Shown: positions 19,511 through 29,323 of the stretch, piece by piece | How positions within the stretch are numbered: the stretch's first letter is position 1 | Layout of the letters: each line of letters opens with the position of its first letter | Virus record (IMG/VR): IMGVR_UViG_3300012931_000019 | Coordinates: 1-64,000 of that record | DNA: 64,000 bases | Strand: one strand, 5' to 3' | From: a virus | The notes under the pieces: generated by a model | Seen by the model: only the letters and a program-made list of their open reading frames with translations | Told to the model about the DNA's origin: nothing | Databases searched by the model: none | Translations under genes and position numbers: made by a program

Positions 19511-20564
19511 TTTTTTAATTTTATTTCATTAACAACCTACGCAAAACATTTTTATGACCATTTTTGCATCTTCTGGCTTTACTTCCTGTTCTTTGCTCTT
19601 TACTTTAAAAGCAAATTTCAGAATGTTCCATGCTTCTTTTGTTTCCTTTTCTGATTCTGTTATAAACTTTACACGATTTAATATTTCCTGTGCTGACATT
19701 GGTTTAATCCTCCTTATTACGCTATTAATTTTTTATTTTGTTCTTGTTCATGCTGTTCTATTTCCTTGTTTGCTTCACTGATCGTGTCTGTACTGGCAAT
19801 AAATTTGCCGTATAGAGTTATTATAAAATGTCCGTATTCCGGTTTGATTGTATATGTATTTATCATTCGTTTGTTGCCTCCTAAATATTATGAGAAATAA
19901 TATCCAGATAGCAAACTAGACAATAGACAAATACAATAACCTCAAATATGCCTATCCCGTGTTGTAAATGATAAATAAAGCGATTTTTCATTCTCATTCA
20001 CTCCTTTTTATTAATATGTTTTTGATTTTATTTACAAAATACTTTATAAACCGCATAACAGCCAATCTTTGACCTATCGTTATGCAGTCTAACAATATTC
20101 TATATCTAACCCTTTTTTGATTGATTAATCTTTGTATCGTCTTCTTGATACAACATTATTTTTATTTAGATAATAATAACCGTCTGCATGATATACAATT
20201 CTTTCTCCGTCTTTACCTAAACAGATATTTTTTAATTGAAAACCTAAACTAGTGTTAACATAGGCCGTTTTAATGATATGATACATTATGTTTTTACCTC
20301 CTTTTATGCGTTGTTATACCTTTCAAATACTGGTTTGATAGGCTCTGTTATTCTAATCTATCAGAGTCTTTCCATATCTTGTAAAGTTCATTATTAAATG
20401 ACCATATATCAAAACTATTGTGTAAATCAAAGTTGAATTTTTCACTTTCCCATGTTCCCATAGCTTCAATTTTCGTTATAGTTTCAATATCATTTCTGTT
20501 AACTTCTATAATCTTTTTCATGATCTGTTAACCTCCTTTAATTTAATTCCATTAAAAATTGGTT

Positions 20565-20795
20565 TTATGCCGTCTTTCTAGTAAAATATAACATTGTATT
20601 ATTACCGCCGTAACAAGTCGCTATTTTCTGTATAGGAATATTAAATTTCTTTGATATTCCTTCTTTATGCAGATATTCGGATAATGTTATATCAATGTTA
20701 TTTTGTGAATCAAGATATAAAAAACCTATATCATCCATATGTTTTTTAATACCTTCAATATCACATTCAAACATACATTTTGGTATATAATTCAT
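20565..20795 (-). CDS. hypothetical phage protein
   Basis: bounded by sites 20551-20568 and 20821-20838. Confidence 0.7.
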   Translation of the reverse strand: MNYIPKCMFECDIEGIKKHMDDIGFLYLDSQNNIDITLSEYLHKEGISKKFNIPIQKIATCYGGNNTMLYFTRKTA

Positions 20796-20847
20796 TTTAT
20801 TTTTCCTCCTTAAAATCGGTTTAAAAACTGGTTTTCATAGGCTTTTG

Positions 20848-21117
20848 TTATACTCTTTTATGATTAATTTTTTGAATCACTTTCAAATTATAACCAACAA
20901 TATTTTCAAGTTCATTAAATAAGCTTTTATATTCTTCTGGTTTTGCTTTCTGACAAGAGTAATAATAATCATAACCGGCTTCTGCATGCTGTCCTATATG
21001 CTCATAACATAATATATTACCTCTGTTTGCCGGTTCATATGGGAAAAATGCCGTAATTGTGTTATCTCTTTTGTCCTTCTTAAAAATGACTTCTGTTATT
21101 ATTTTTCCTTTTTCCAT
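20848..21117 (-). CDS. conserved-type phage hypothetical protein
   Basis: VIFKK...AFFP...CYEHIGQH motif; start behind SD. Confidence 0.7.
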   Translation of the reverse strand: MEKGKIITEVIFKKDKRDNTITAFFPYEPANRGNILCYEHIGQHAEAGYDYYYSCQKAKPEEYKSLFNELENIVGYNLKVIQKINHKRV

Positions 21118-21178
21118 TTCCTTTTTACCTCCTAAAATTTTACTTCCGAGCAAATGTTACATTTAACGGTTCTGTTAT

Positions 21179-21571
21179 TTATTCCGCATAACGTTTTGTT
21201 TTGTCTGTTTCTCCATATACAATGGAATCATAAACACGGTTTAAAGCTTGATATTCTGGATTGTTATATAAATAATTGTCAATTTCATTCTGATAAATAA
21301 AACCGTGTTTTGTTTCTGCATCTTCACAAATTGCATTGATTTTATTTTCTAAATTTTGTGCTATTTCCTGTATGATTTTATGTTCTTCAAAGTCAGTCAT
21401 ATTATGGATATTAGGAAAAGATATTTCTTTTATTTCATGCGTTTCATGATTGGTCATTCTGAATTTACTTTCTCCTAAATATTCAACAATAGAATTTTGA
21501 AAATCTTCTTCTGAAAAAGTATATTCTTTCTTAAACCATGCCGATATTTTATTGATTAATTCTTGATTCAT
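21179..21571 (-). CDS. hypothetical phage protein
   Basis: array ORF, SD AAGGAGG. Confidence 0.75.
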   Translation of the reverse strand: MNQELINKISAWFKKEYTFSEEDFQNSIVEYLGESKFRMTNHETHEIKEISFPNIHNMTDFEEHKIIQEIAQNLENKINAICEDAETKHGFIYQNEIDNYLYNNPEYQALNRVYDSIVYGETDKTKRYAE

Positions 21572-21623
21572 TTTTGTTAACCTCCTTTATTGGATATGAA
21601 ATTATTGTTTGATTGGTTCGTTG

Positions 21624-21827
21624 TTATGCTTGCATCACTATAAAGTCACTCATTATAGTATAATTATCTGTGTATCTAATTTCACTCATATAAGCGTCTT
21701 CTGTCTTATATTTTGCCTTTTTATCAAGCGTATCAATAAATTGCTTACTTGCTTTTGATATGCAAGTGGCTTTAATTGTGGCTACTTTTGTTCCTCCCGA
21801 TCTGTAAACGTTATATGTTTTTAGCAT
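21624..21827 (-). CDS. hypothetical phage protein
   Basis: array ORF with SD. Confidence 0.7.
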   Translation of the reverse strand: MLKTYNVYRSGGTKVATIKATCISKASKQFIDTLDKKAKYKTEDAYMSEIRYTDNYTIMSDFIVMQA

Positions 21828-21928
21828 AGCTTTTTACCTCCTGTTATATGATTATTAGAGATATTAAAAACCTCTATAAAATGCGATATCGGTTTGATTA
21901 TATCGCATTCTAACAGGTTTTTACAAGT

Positions 21929-22186
21929 CTATTCAATTTCAATTTTTACAGTGTTGATAATTTCATCGTCTTCAATGTTTGAAGTTCCTTTTGTGTCAAA
22001 TACTACGATGATATTATCATTTATTTTTAAATCTGTTCTGTCTTTTAATAGCCAGCCGTTACCGTCCATTGTGGTTACTTCTACAATGTTATTTGTATTA
22101 TCTGTTATTGTTCCGTTCATAAGGGCGATATTATCAGCCGGAATTGAGGTAGTAAGGAGAAAAGATACTAACAAGGCACTAATCAT
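21929..22186 (-). CDS. putative secreted/membrane-anchored small protein
   Basis: hydrophobic N-terminus MISALLVSFLLTTS; start behind SD. Confidence 0.6.
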   Translation of the reverse strand: MISALLVSFLLTTSIPADNIALMNGTITDNTNNIVEVTTMDGNGWLLKDRTDLKINDNIIVVFDTKGTSNIEDDEIINTVKIEIE

Positions 22187-22274
22187 TTTTATTCCTTCTT
22201 TCTTTTTAATTTTAGGTTTAAAACCTCTATAAACGGCATTAATCAAGCTGTTAATCAATGCCGTTAAACAAGTT

Positions 22275-22973
22275 TTAAAATTTGTTTTCAATTTCCGCTA
22301 CTGCCTTTTTGTATTCCGCTTTTGCTTTCAAATACGCTTCAATTTCCGTTTTTTCCGTGTCTGTTAATTCAATTTTTTGACCATCGCCATAAAAACAGTA
22401 GCTCCCAGCCTTGCCGTAAATTGTGCCGTTCCACTTTTTGCCGGCTAATTTTGCCGGTACTATTGGTTTTTGAATTTTAGTAATTTCCGCTTGTTTTGCG
22501 TCCTGTTTTTTAGCAATTTCCGCAAGGGCCGCCAGATCAACGGCTGTTATATGATTTGTGATTATTGCGTTGATATTTTTAACTTGATTAATCTCATTAT
22601 CAAGGCTGTTAATGTCTGTTATTTTATACCAACATTTTTTTGATCTTGTCTCAAGGATGCCTAGAAATCCGGTCATTGGCTTATCTCCCCAAGAGTAACC
22701 AAGAGTCTTAATATCGTCTTTAGCTGGCATTGTATTACCGTCAAAGTGTAAAATTATTTTTTGTGAAAATGGCTCAACGTCGATGATTAGTGTCAATGGA
22801 GTCTCTACCTGTTTTTGTCTCTGCTCCTTTGCCCAGCATGACGGACACTGAGTATAATTTGATACTGCCCAAGATTCCCACGAATCAGCTTCACGGCGAT
22901 TTTGTTTTATTGTAGATTTTTCAAACTTTGCACCACATTCGGTACAAGTGCAAATTACTGTTGCTTTTGCCAT
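22275..22973 (-). CDS. hypothetical Zn-finger phage protein
   Basis: CTECG...CPSC; SD AAGGAGG. Confidence 0.8.
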   Translation of the reverse strand: MAKATVICTCTECGAKFEKSTIKQNRREADSWESWAVSNYTQCPSCWAKEQRQKQVETPLTLIIDVEPFSQKIILHFDGNTMPAKDDIKTLGYSWGDKPMTGFLGILETRSKKCWYKITDINSLDNEINQVKNINAIITNHITAVDLAALAEIAKKQDAKQAEITKIQKPIVPAKLAGKKWNGTIYGKAGSYCFYGDGQKIELTDTEKTEIEAYLKAKAEYKKAVAEIENKF

Positions 22974-22991
22974 AATATTTTTACCTCCTTT

Positions 22992-23264
22992 TTAAATGTC
23001 CCATTCCATAAAATCGGTTAAAATTGTATCGCAACTTCCGTCAAAGACATTTACACCGTAATCAGACGCCTTGCACATAATATAGCCTGTCAAGATGTGA
23101 TAATACTTGTAATAGTCTTTTTCGCTGTTTGTATATGCATTTGCTTTTTCGGCATTTCCGTATGTTTTAATGTCCTGTAATAACTGATTTTGGGCGTTGT
23201 TGATATGTCTTTTTAACTCTAGTGCTATATGATCATTTTTTAAGGCGTTGAGTAAGTTGTTCAT
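22992..23264 (-). CDS. hypothetical phage protein
   Basis: array ORF, SD GGAGG. Confidence 0.7.
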   Translation of the reverse strand: MNNLLNALKNDHIALELKRHINNAQNQLLQDIKTYGNAEKANAYTNSEKDYYKYYHILTGYIMCKASDYGVNVFDGSCDTILTDFMEWDI

Positions 23265-23362
23265 GTTAATACCTCCATTATATAATTCAATTTGTTATAA
23301 CCCTATAACGGCTTGTTATTGCCGTTATTCATCTTAATTTTCAAAGACTCGTCGGAGGGTCT

Positions 23363-23536
23363 TTATTCTGGCTGATAAATATGAAATGATTTTAATTTGT
23401 CGCTGATATCTTCCGCATATCCGTAAAGTACATCAGCGTCATTCATTGTAACGTCTTCTGTCTGAAGCAATTTATCAAGCGTACTTTCAAGTTCTTGACA
23501 TTGTTTTAATAATTTTTCTAATTTGCGTTTTTCCAT
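23363..23536 (-). CDS. hypothetical phage protein
   Basis: start behind SD AAGGAGG. Confidence 0.65.
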   Translation of the reverse strand: MEKRKLEKLLKQCQELESTLDKLLQTEDVTMNDADVLYGYAEDISDKLKSFHIYQPE

Positions 23537-23567
23537 TTTAAATACCTCCTTAATGGTAATGAATTTG

Positions 23568-23822
23568 TTATTTGATTGGATATACTGCATCAAGTGCTTT
23601 TTCTGCTAATGTTGTTATGTGACTGTCATTACAATCATATTTATCATACCAGTCACAAATTTCTGAAGACTTATAAACGGCTCTTAAACAATCGTTAGCA
23701 AGTCTAATTTTAAAATTCTTATAATCTCCACTTGCTTTTAATTGTTCTGCATATGGTACAATTTTATCAGCTATTTTATTAAATCTGTTAATCGTTTCTT
23801 GTAATTCGTTTTGTAATTTCAT
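23568..23822 (-). CDS. hypothetical phage protein
   Basis: SD GGAGGG; ...WYDKYDCNDSHITT motif. Confidence 0.75.
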   Translation of the reverse strand: MKLQNELQETINRFNKIADKIVPYAEQLKASGDYKNFKIRLANDCLRAVYKSSEICDWYDKYDCNDSHITTLAEKALDAVYPIK

Positions 23823-23932
23823 TTTTTAACCCTCCATATTAAATATATTTGATTCCTGTCATACTTTCAAGCACTTAAATAGCACTACTTTGTTAAATAG
23901 TGCCGTGTTAAATGTTTGAGGCTGTTATATTG

Positions 23933-24247
23933 TTATTCAAAATTAAAATTGCCAATCGGGATATAAATTGTTCCATATCCGTTCATTTCTCCACTGGTTA
24001 CAATATCACGCATTAACAAGTTACCAGTATATTCAGCCGTATCCATTGCAGACTGTTTATTTGCTCCGCTGTTAATTGCTAACAATGCTCCGAAAATGAT
24101 ATTGGTAATTACTTTCTTTTCCTGTTCTGTTGAGTCTCTTCTATTATCGTAGCTATTGCCGTTTACCCATGTTCTGACTTCAATTGTTTCCGCTTGTTTT
24201 TCAGCGTATTCTTTCAATTCTTTTTCGGAAAAATGCTTTCTTTCCAT
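23933..24247 (-). CDS. hypothetical phage protein
   Basis: start behind SD AAGGAGG. Confidence 0.7.
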   Translation of the reverse strand: MERKHFSEKELKEYAEKQAETIEVRTWVNGNSYDNRRDSTEQEKKVITNIIFGALLAINSGANKQSAMDTAEYTGNLLMRDIVTSGEMNGYGTIYIPIGNFNFE

Positions 24248-24374
24248 TATTAATATCCTCCTTATAATAGCCGTTTTAGGCTTAAAATTAACGGTTTGAG
24301 CAACTTTTTCTAATCGCTTAAAAGAGTACACTATTTTGTAATGTACTCATGCTAAACGGTTATGCTATTGGCTG

Positions 24375-24665
24375 TTATAACGTTTTATTTTGCTTTAATT
24401 TGACCTGCTGTAATGGATTTAAATCAATGTACCATATTTGCAACATATCGTCTGATTCACTATCATAGTAGTATTTTAATTCTGGCATTTTCTTTTCAAT
24501 CCATAATTTTTCGATATTTTCGGGATTTAAAAATTCCGCTTCATCTGATCCTTCCTCAAATATCCAGCATGATATCTGTTCTAACTCTGTTAAAATATCA
24601 AGTTGTTCCATGATATCAAGCTTTCCGCAGATACTATCAATTGTAGATGATTCTATACGTTTCAT
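24375..24665 (-). CDS. hypothetical phage protein (first gene of array)
   Basis: SD GGAGG. Confidence 0.75.
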   Translation of the reverse strand: MKRIESSTIDSICGKLDIMEQLDILTELEQISCWIFEEGSDEAEFLNPENIEKLWIEKKMPELKYYYDSESDDMLQIWYIDLNPLQQVKLKQNKTL

Positions 24666-25548
24666 TTTGTTATACCTCCATACATATTATAATATCATTT
24701 TATACTATCGTTTCAAGGCTTAAAATTAAGGTTTAAGCCCTTAAACAATAGCACTAAACCAAGGATAAGTTATTACTTGCAGTCAACAGTTATGTACTCA
24801 TAGTTGATAAAATCGCGAATCACTGGCAGATATCTATTTGATATTACTATCAGATATTGCCGTTTAGTGATTCCCTGTATATAGCGTTTTCATGGTTAAT
24901 CCTTATTTTATGGCTATTGCATTAATATGTATTTGTTTTTGATTTTATGTAATACTTTTTAATCCTTCCAATCCTGACATCTACAATTAATCCCTTTACC
25001 CATTTAGGCAACAGTATCATAGATATTTGTCATCGCATACCCTCTTATAGACTCCTTTGATACCAGTCTTCCCTATTCCGCACGCTTCACAGCGTTCAAT
25101 TGCTAAATTACATCTATAAACTATCAGATACTCAACTATTACAATATAGTGTTAATCTTTGTATCCTTTTATATGCTTTACTTCATATTCTAGTAACTAA
25201 CTTTTGACTCTAGGCTTATTCGTTATTACTCATTCACATATACACCTATCATATATATGTTACTCATTCTCTAGCTATCGTAATACCCGGATAAGTTGCG
25301 TTAATCCCAAAATATAAGCAATATCTAATCATATAAATTGATGTTGATTTTATGTAATTTTCAATGTTCTGTTTATGGATTTTCACCAATGGGAGACTTG
25401 GAAAACCTTACTCCTTTTTCGCCATCTTATCCCCATGCTATATCGGAGACTTGATTCTAACGGATAAATATGTAGTTGTTTAGGCTGATTGCCTTGCTAC
25501 CGGAATCGGTATATGGTCAGAATGACCGTTTTGTTTAGGCTATGCCTA

Positions 25549-25580
25549 ATTTTATCATTGTCAATATGTATTTGCAATAC
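25549..25580 (-). promoter_or_regulatory. sigmaA-type promoter heading the small-gene array
   Basis: TTGCAA-17-TAAAAT with extended TG; -35 inside GTATTTGCAATAC palindrome. Confidence 0.55.
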
Positions 25581-27204
25581 TTTTCATCAAAAATACACGT
25601 TTTATTTATAATTTTATTTGATATAATGATAAAAATTAATTATCTGATAGAGTAAATAATATATATAGTATATTTTTGATTATTATTTGATTTCAGTATA
25701 CTATATGTTGTATGATTATTTTGATTGATATTCATGTATTTATTTTAGTACAAAATACATGATTGTACTGGATTGTATTTTGTAAACTATTAATGGGATA
25801 ATAGTAGACAATTGCAGTTTTGTACCAATATTTTAGAGTATTAATAATCTGCATAGGCTGAATACATTGCAATATAAGGGATTCAATGCCATTTTAATTC
25901 TAACGGGCTTTTATGACATAGGTGGATAGGTAATACCTTTGTAAATAAAATCGCTTAAATCGAATGTTTTAGGCATTGTGATTCGTATTTTATTTATGAT
26001 TTTATCTGGAAATGATTGATTATGCGTGATAATTGCAACATTATTAACTATTGATTAGTGTACGAATATTGATATTGCAATGGTTTGATGAATTAAATGT
26101 ATAGAATATGTATGGTGTGAATAGATATAAATGTATATTGATTATAGAATATAGTACAATTCTTTAGTGTATGAAAGTATAGTAATATAGTAGGAATAGT
26201 ATTGATTATATCATAGCATATTGGTATGGATTAATGTATAGTAAAACAGTATGAATTAATATTCTCTTTTGTATGCACAATTCAATATAATTTATATCAT
26301 AGTTATTTGATATGATTTAATTCATAGTATAATAGTAGGATATAGGTTGTATCTCGGAGTTGCTGATCGAGTATTTATATCATAGTAAATTAGTATGATT
26401 AATATTAATTTAATTCATAGTATTTTGATATGAATAGTATAATATAACTATACTTTATGCCTTATTTGTAATTTATTTCCTACTATTCCTAGTAGTTTAG
26501 TATGATATAAGTCTTCACCGCTTGGGTCCATGTTACCCGCGACCTAAAAACACGAACAATCATTGAAATATCAACGTTTTCATTCGTAATGGTATGAAGT
26601 TCCTAGTAATTACCAATACTTACAATGATTATGCTATTCCTTATGCTATTAGTATGCCCAAAAATGATTCAATTATGTATCAATCTCTTATCTTCCACAT
26701 AACTTATATTATGCGGAACGTTTCAAGCATTGATTTTACTGCATACCCGGCGTACTTTACAAATCCATGACAATTTTTTACAGGGAATATCTTCCTATCA
26801 CTTCCATCCACACACTAGACTTAAAATTTCATTATTACATTAATTTTATAAAATCTTTTATAAAAATCACGAACATTATTTTATAAAACTCTCTCAAAAT
26901 TCATATTTTTCTTTCGTACCCTGTTTCGTAAAAACCCACTCATTCCAACTTCCCCGTAGGTTTACAATTTTCAAATTTTACATTTACATTATCTACTACT
27001 ACCATATAAAATGCTATTACTTATTGATATTCCAACGTTCCCAAACCATTATTAATACTCATTCACGACACCACTTTTTAACTAATAATATTTTTCTTAA
27101 AATCTCTTATAATCGTTTAAATTTCAATATATTCTAATAAATCTTCGATATTTTACCGATAACACATTATTTTCCTACTTCCTATAAGACAGATCAAAGA
27201 CAAT

Positions 27205-27232
27205 AAAAAATAGAGATATTTCTATCTCTATT
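27205..27232 (-). terminator. rho-independent terminator of the replication-type operon
   Basis: TAGAGATA/TATCTCTA stem followed by T-tract on minus strand, just after stop at 27242. Confidence 0.65.
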
Positions 27233-27241
27233 AATTCTTAT

Positions 27242-28180
27242 TTAAGATTTTAAATTTTTAATATCCTCATTTACTTTATTTAAACTCAATTTTATTTCTT
27301 CTGAATTATCTTTTAATTGTTGCGCGTGGATTAAATTTTTTTGTTTTTTCAATTCAATAATCTTCAAACCATTATTTATATATTTAAAGATAATATGTTC
27401 TTCTTCGTTCTTTGGATTGGATGTATTCAATATTTTATAATATCTCTTTTTAGGAATACCTCTTACAGTCATATTGATTAATTTCAAATCAGATAATCTT
27501 TTAATTGCAGTTGTCTGTGCACCTTCTTGTAATCCACATGAAAGTTCTAGATCATTAATAGTACAAGAAAACTCTTCATATTGTTTATTTGAATTAGTTT
27601 GATACCAATGCCATTTATTTATTAATTCACAATAGATTATTGTTTCATTTAATCCCAATGAATGAATTAATGGTTTTTTCAACATAATATACCCACCAGT
27701 TTCAAAATCTATATCTAATAAAATATCTCTAATGTATTCTGCATTAAATTCTTCATGTTTTATATATTTTCCATCATGATCCTGAATGTTATAAATAACT
27801 TTTTCTAACATTTCTATATGATTTTTATCGATAATATTTTGATTGAATATACCTTTTCTGCCTTCCAGCATTTCATACAAAGTATATTCAATATTATATC
27901 CACTATTAATACTGTCATATTCTTTTATGTATTTATCTTCATATACTAATAAAATTAAATGATTTAAAGAATGTCTAAAATTATTTTTGAGTTCTTCTAT
28001 TATTTCAAAATCAAAGTTTTCTTCTCCATATTCATTCCAATCATCCTGCAATTTATATGAATGATGATTACTACTGTTTAAATCGTTTTTATGCTCTTGC
28101 CATCTTCTCTCAATATTTAAACTTTCTCCTATGTAAACTTTATTATTGATGTTATTCGTAATTTTATAAATTCCTTGCAT
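27242..28180 (-). CDS. GIY-YIG nuclease domain fused to replication-initiator-like winged-helix domain
   Basis: GIYKITNNINNKVYIGES...RRWQEH; C-term GYIMLKKPLIHSLGLNETIIYCELI...GIPKKRYY. Confidence 0.75.
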   Translation of the reverse strand: MQGIYKITNNINNKVYIGESLNIERRWQEHKNDLNSSNHHSYKLQDDWNEYGEENFDFEIIEELKNNFRHSLNHLILLVYEDKYIKEYDSINSGYNIEYTLYEMLEGRKGIFNQNIIDKNHIEMLEKVIYNIQDHDGKYIKHEEFNAEYIRDILLDIDFETGGYIMLKKPLIHSLGLNETIIYCELINKWHWYQTNSNKQYEEFSCTINDLELSCGLQEGAQTTAIKRLSDLKLINMTVRGIPKKRYYKILNTSNPKNEEEHIIFKYINNGLKIIELKKQKNLIHAQQLKDNSEEIKLSLNKVNEDIKNLKS

Positions 28181-28215
28181 CTATATTCTCCTTATTTGTT
28201 TTTAATTTTACTTCA

Positions 28216-29088
28216 TTAGTCTTCATCCTTATAAAACTCCTTCTCTTGTTTATACTGTAACTCATTCAGTTTTTCTTTCAACTTCTTATTTTCTTCTTCA
28301 AGACCTTTAATCTTTTCATTATTATTGATCTTCTGTTTTATACTTCTTTTTTTATTACTTACAATCTTATCAGTATGTATAAGCCCTTGTACTTTAACTA
28401 CATTTTTTAATTGTTCATTAAAACCTTTTTCATCATCATATAAACCTATAAAAGTAGCACAGTAATGATGCTGTGGTGTTAAATAATCATTATTAAATCT
28501 AATCAAATGCAAATCATCTTGAAGGATTCTATTATATCTTTTAATAGTTCTGGAATCACTAACAAGAGATTTAATTTTGATCTGTGGTAAATATCCAAAT
28601 TTATTATCTGTATTACATACTCTCATACAGGCCACAAAGTATCTAACAAAATCATATTTACTTACATTGGTAGATTGTAAATATTCAAATATTTTATTCA
28701 TTTCCAAATCATAAATTTTAAAGTAACCATCTTCAGGAGGACTAGGCAATTCTATGTAAAACGAAGTATCTTTACTTTTTATAATATTATCAATTATAAT
28801 ATTCTCATTAATACCATTACCTGAAAGATCATATATACTAGTCACATATTCTTTTTTCATAAGATTAGCAATAATATCTTTAATATCATTAAAAATCTTT
28901 TTATTATTATGATAATTTATATTCATAATATCTAAAAGTATCTGTATATTACATAAAGATATATTTTTATATTGTTGATAATTTCTATACAATAGAATCA
29001 ATATTGTTAACTCATCATTGGCAATATCTAAATCATCATAAATGCTATTAGGTAACTTAATATAATATTCTTTGAAATTTAAATTCAT
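28216..29088 (-). CDS. putative replication initiator / wHTH DNA-binding protein
   Basis: YIKLPNSIY...ELTILILL start typical of phage wHTH initiators; next to iteron-like repeats. Confidence 0.45.
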   Translation of the reverse strand: MNLNFKEYYIKLPNSIYDDLDIANDELTILILLYRNYQQYKNISLCNIQILLDIMNINYHNNKKIFNDIKDIIANLMKKEYVTSIYDLSGNGINENIIIDNIIKSKDTSFYIELPSPPEDGYFKIYDLEMNKIFEYLQSTNVSKYDFVRYFVACMRVCNTDNKFGYLPQIKIKSLVSDSRTIKRYNRILQDDLHLIRFNNDYLTPQHHYCATFIGLYDDEKGFNEQLKNVVKVQGLIHTDKIVSNKKRSIKQKINNNEKIKGLEEENKKLKEKLNELQYKQEKEFYKDED

Positions 29089-29149
29089 AATTTATTTCCT
29101 TTCATTTTATGTAAGAGAATCCCACTCATAATGCGGTAGCATTATATAG

Positions 29150-29322
29150 TACTCTTTATATACTTATTTATATCTTTATTTATATTTTTATTCTTTATTC
29201 TTATTTTACTCTTTATTCTCTGTGATGTTTACCCCAAAACAGGGGGTATATTCTTGGACTGCATACCCCATTTTGCGTACAAATTCTAAGACTGCCCCTA
29301 CCATTTTGAGTACAAATTCTAA
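29150..29322. repeat. 33-bp tandem repeat pair plus AT-rich TCTTTATT tract (putative replication origin)
   Basis: 29257-29289 vs 29290-29322 match 27/33; low-complexity A/T tract 29150-29220. Confidence 0.5.
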
Positions 29323-29323
29323 A

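Larger units (their letters stand above)
372..21613. repeat. Dispersed 18-bp imperfect palindromes (WTVAAW-N6-WTTBAW) at about 35 gene junctions
   Basis: e.g. TTAAAA-CTCTGA-TTTTAA 7133-7150, TTAAAA-CAATCT-TTTTAA 14032-14049, ATGAAA-GCAGTT-TTTCAT 14250-14267, ATGAAA-TGTTGT-TTTCAT 17249-17266, TTAAAA-TGCTGA-TTTTAA 17597-17614. Confidence 0.85.

Noticed and set aside
372-21613. CRISPR array or classical integron attC interpretation of the repeats
   Set aside because: Repeats are degenerate 18-mers separated by whole genes; no cas genes; no RYYYAAC...GTTRRRY hairpins or recognisable IntI seen
372-21613. 18-bp sites as rho-independent terminators
   Set aside because: Arms are 6-bp A/T-rich, often mismatched and too weak; the fixed 6-nt spacing argues for protein recognition of DNA
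504-24613. Plus-strand ORFs in the array (e.g. 504-965, 4378-4686, 9436-9813, 18589-18933, 21894-22232)
   Set aside because: Antisense shadows of SD-bearing minus-strand genes; F/I/L/S-rich composition and no SD
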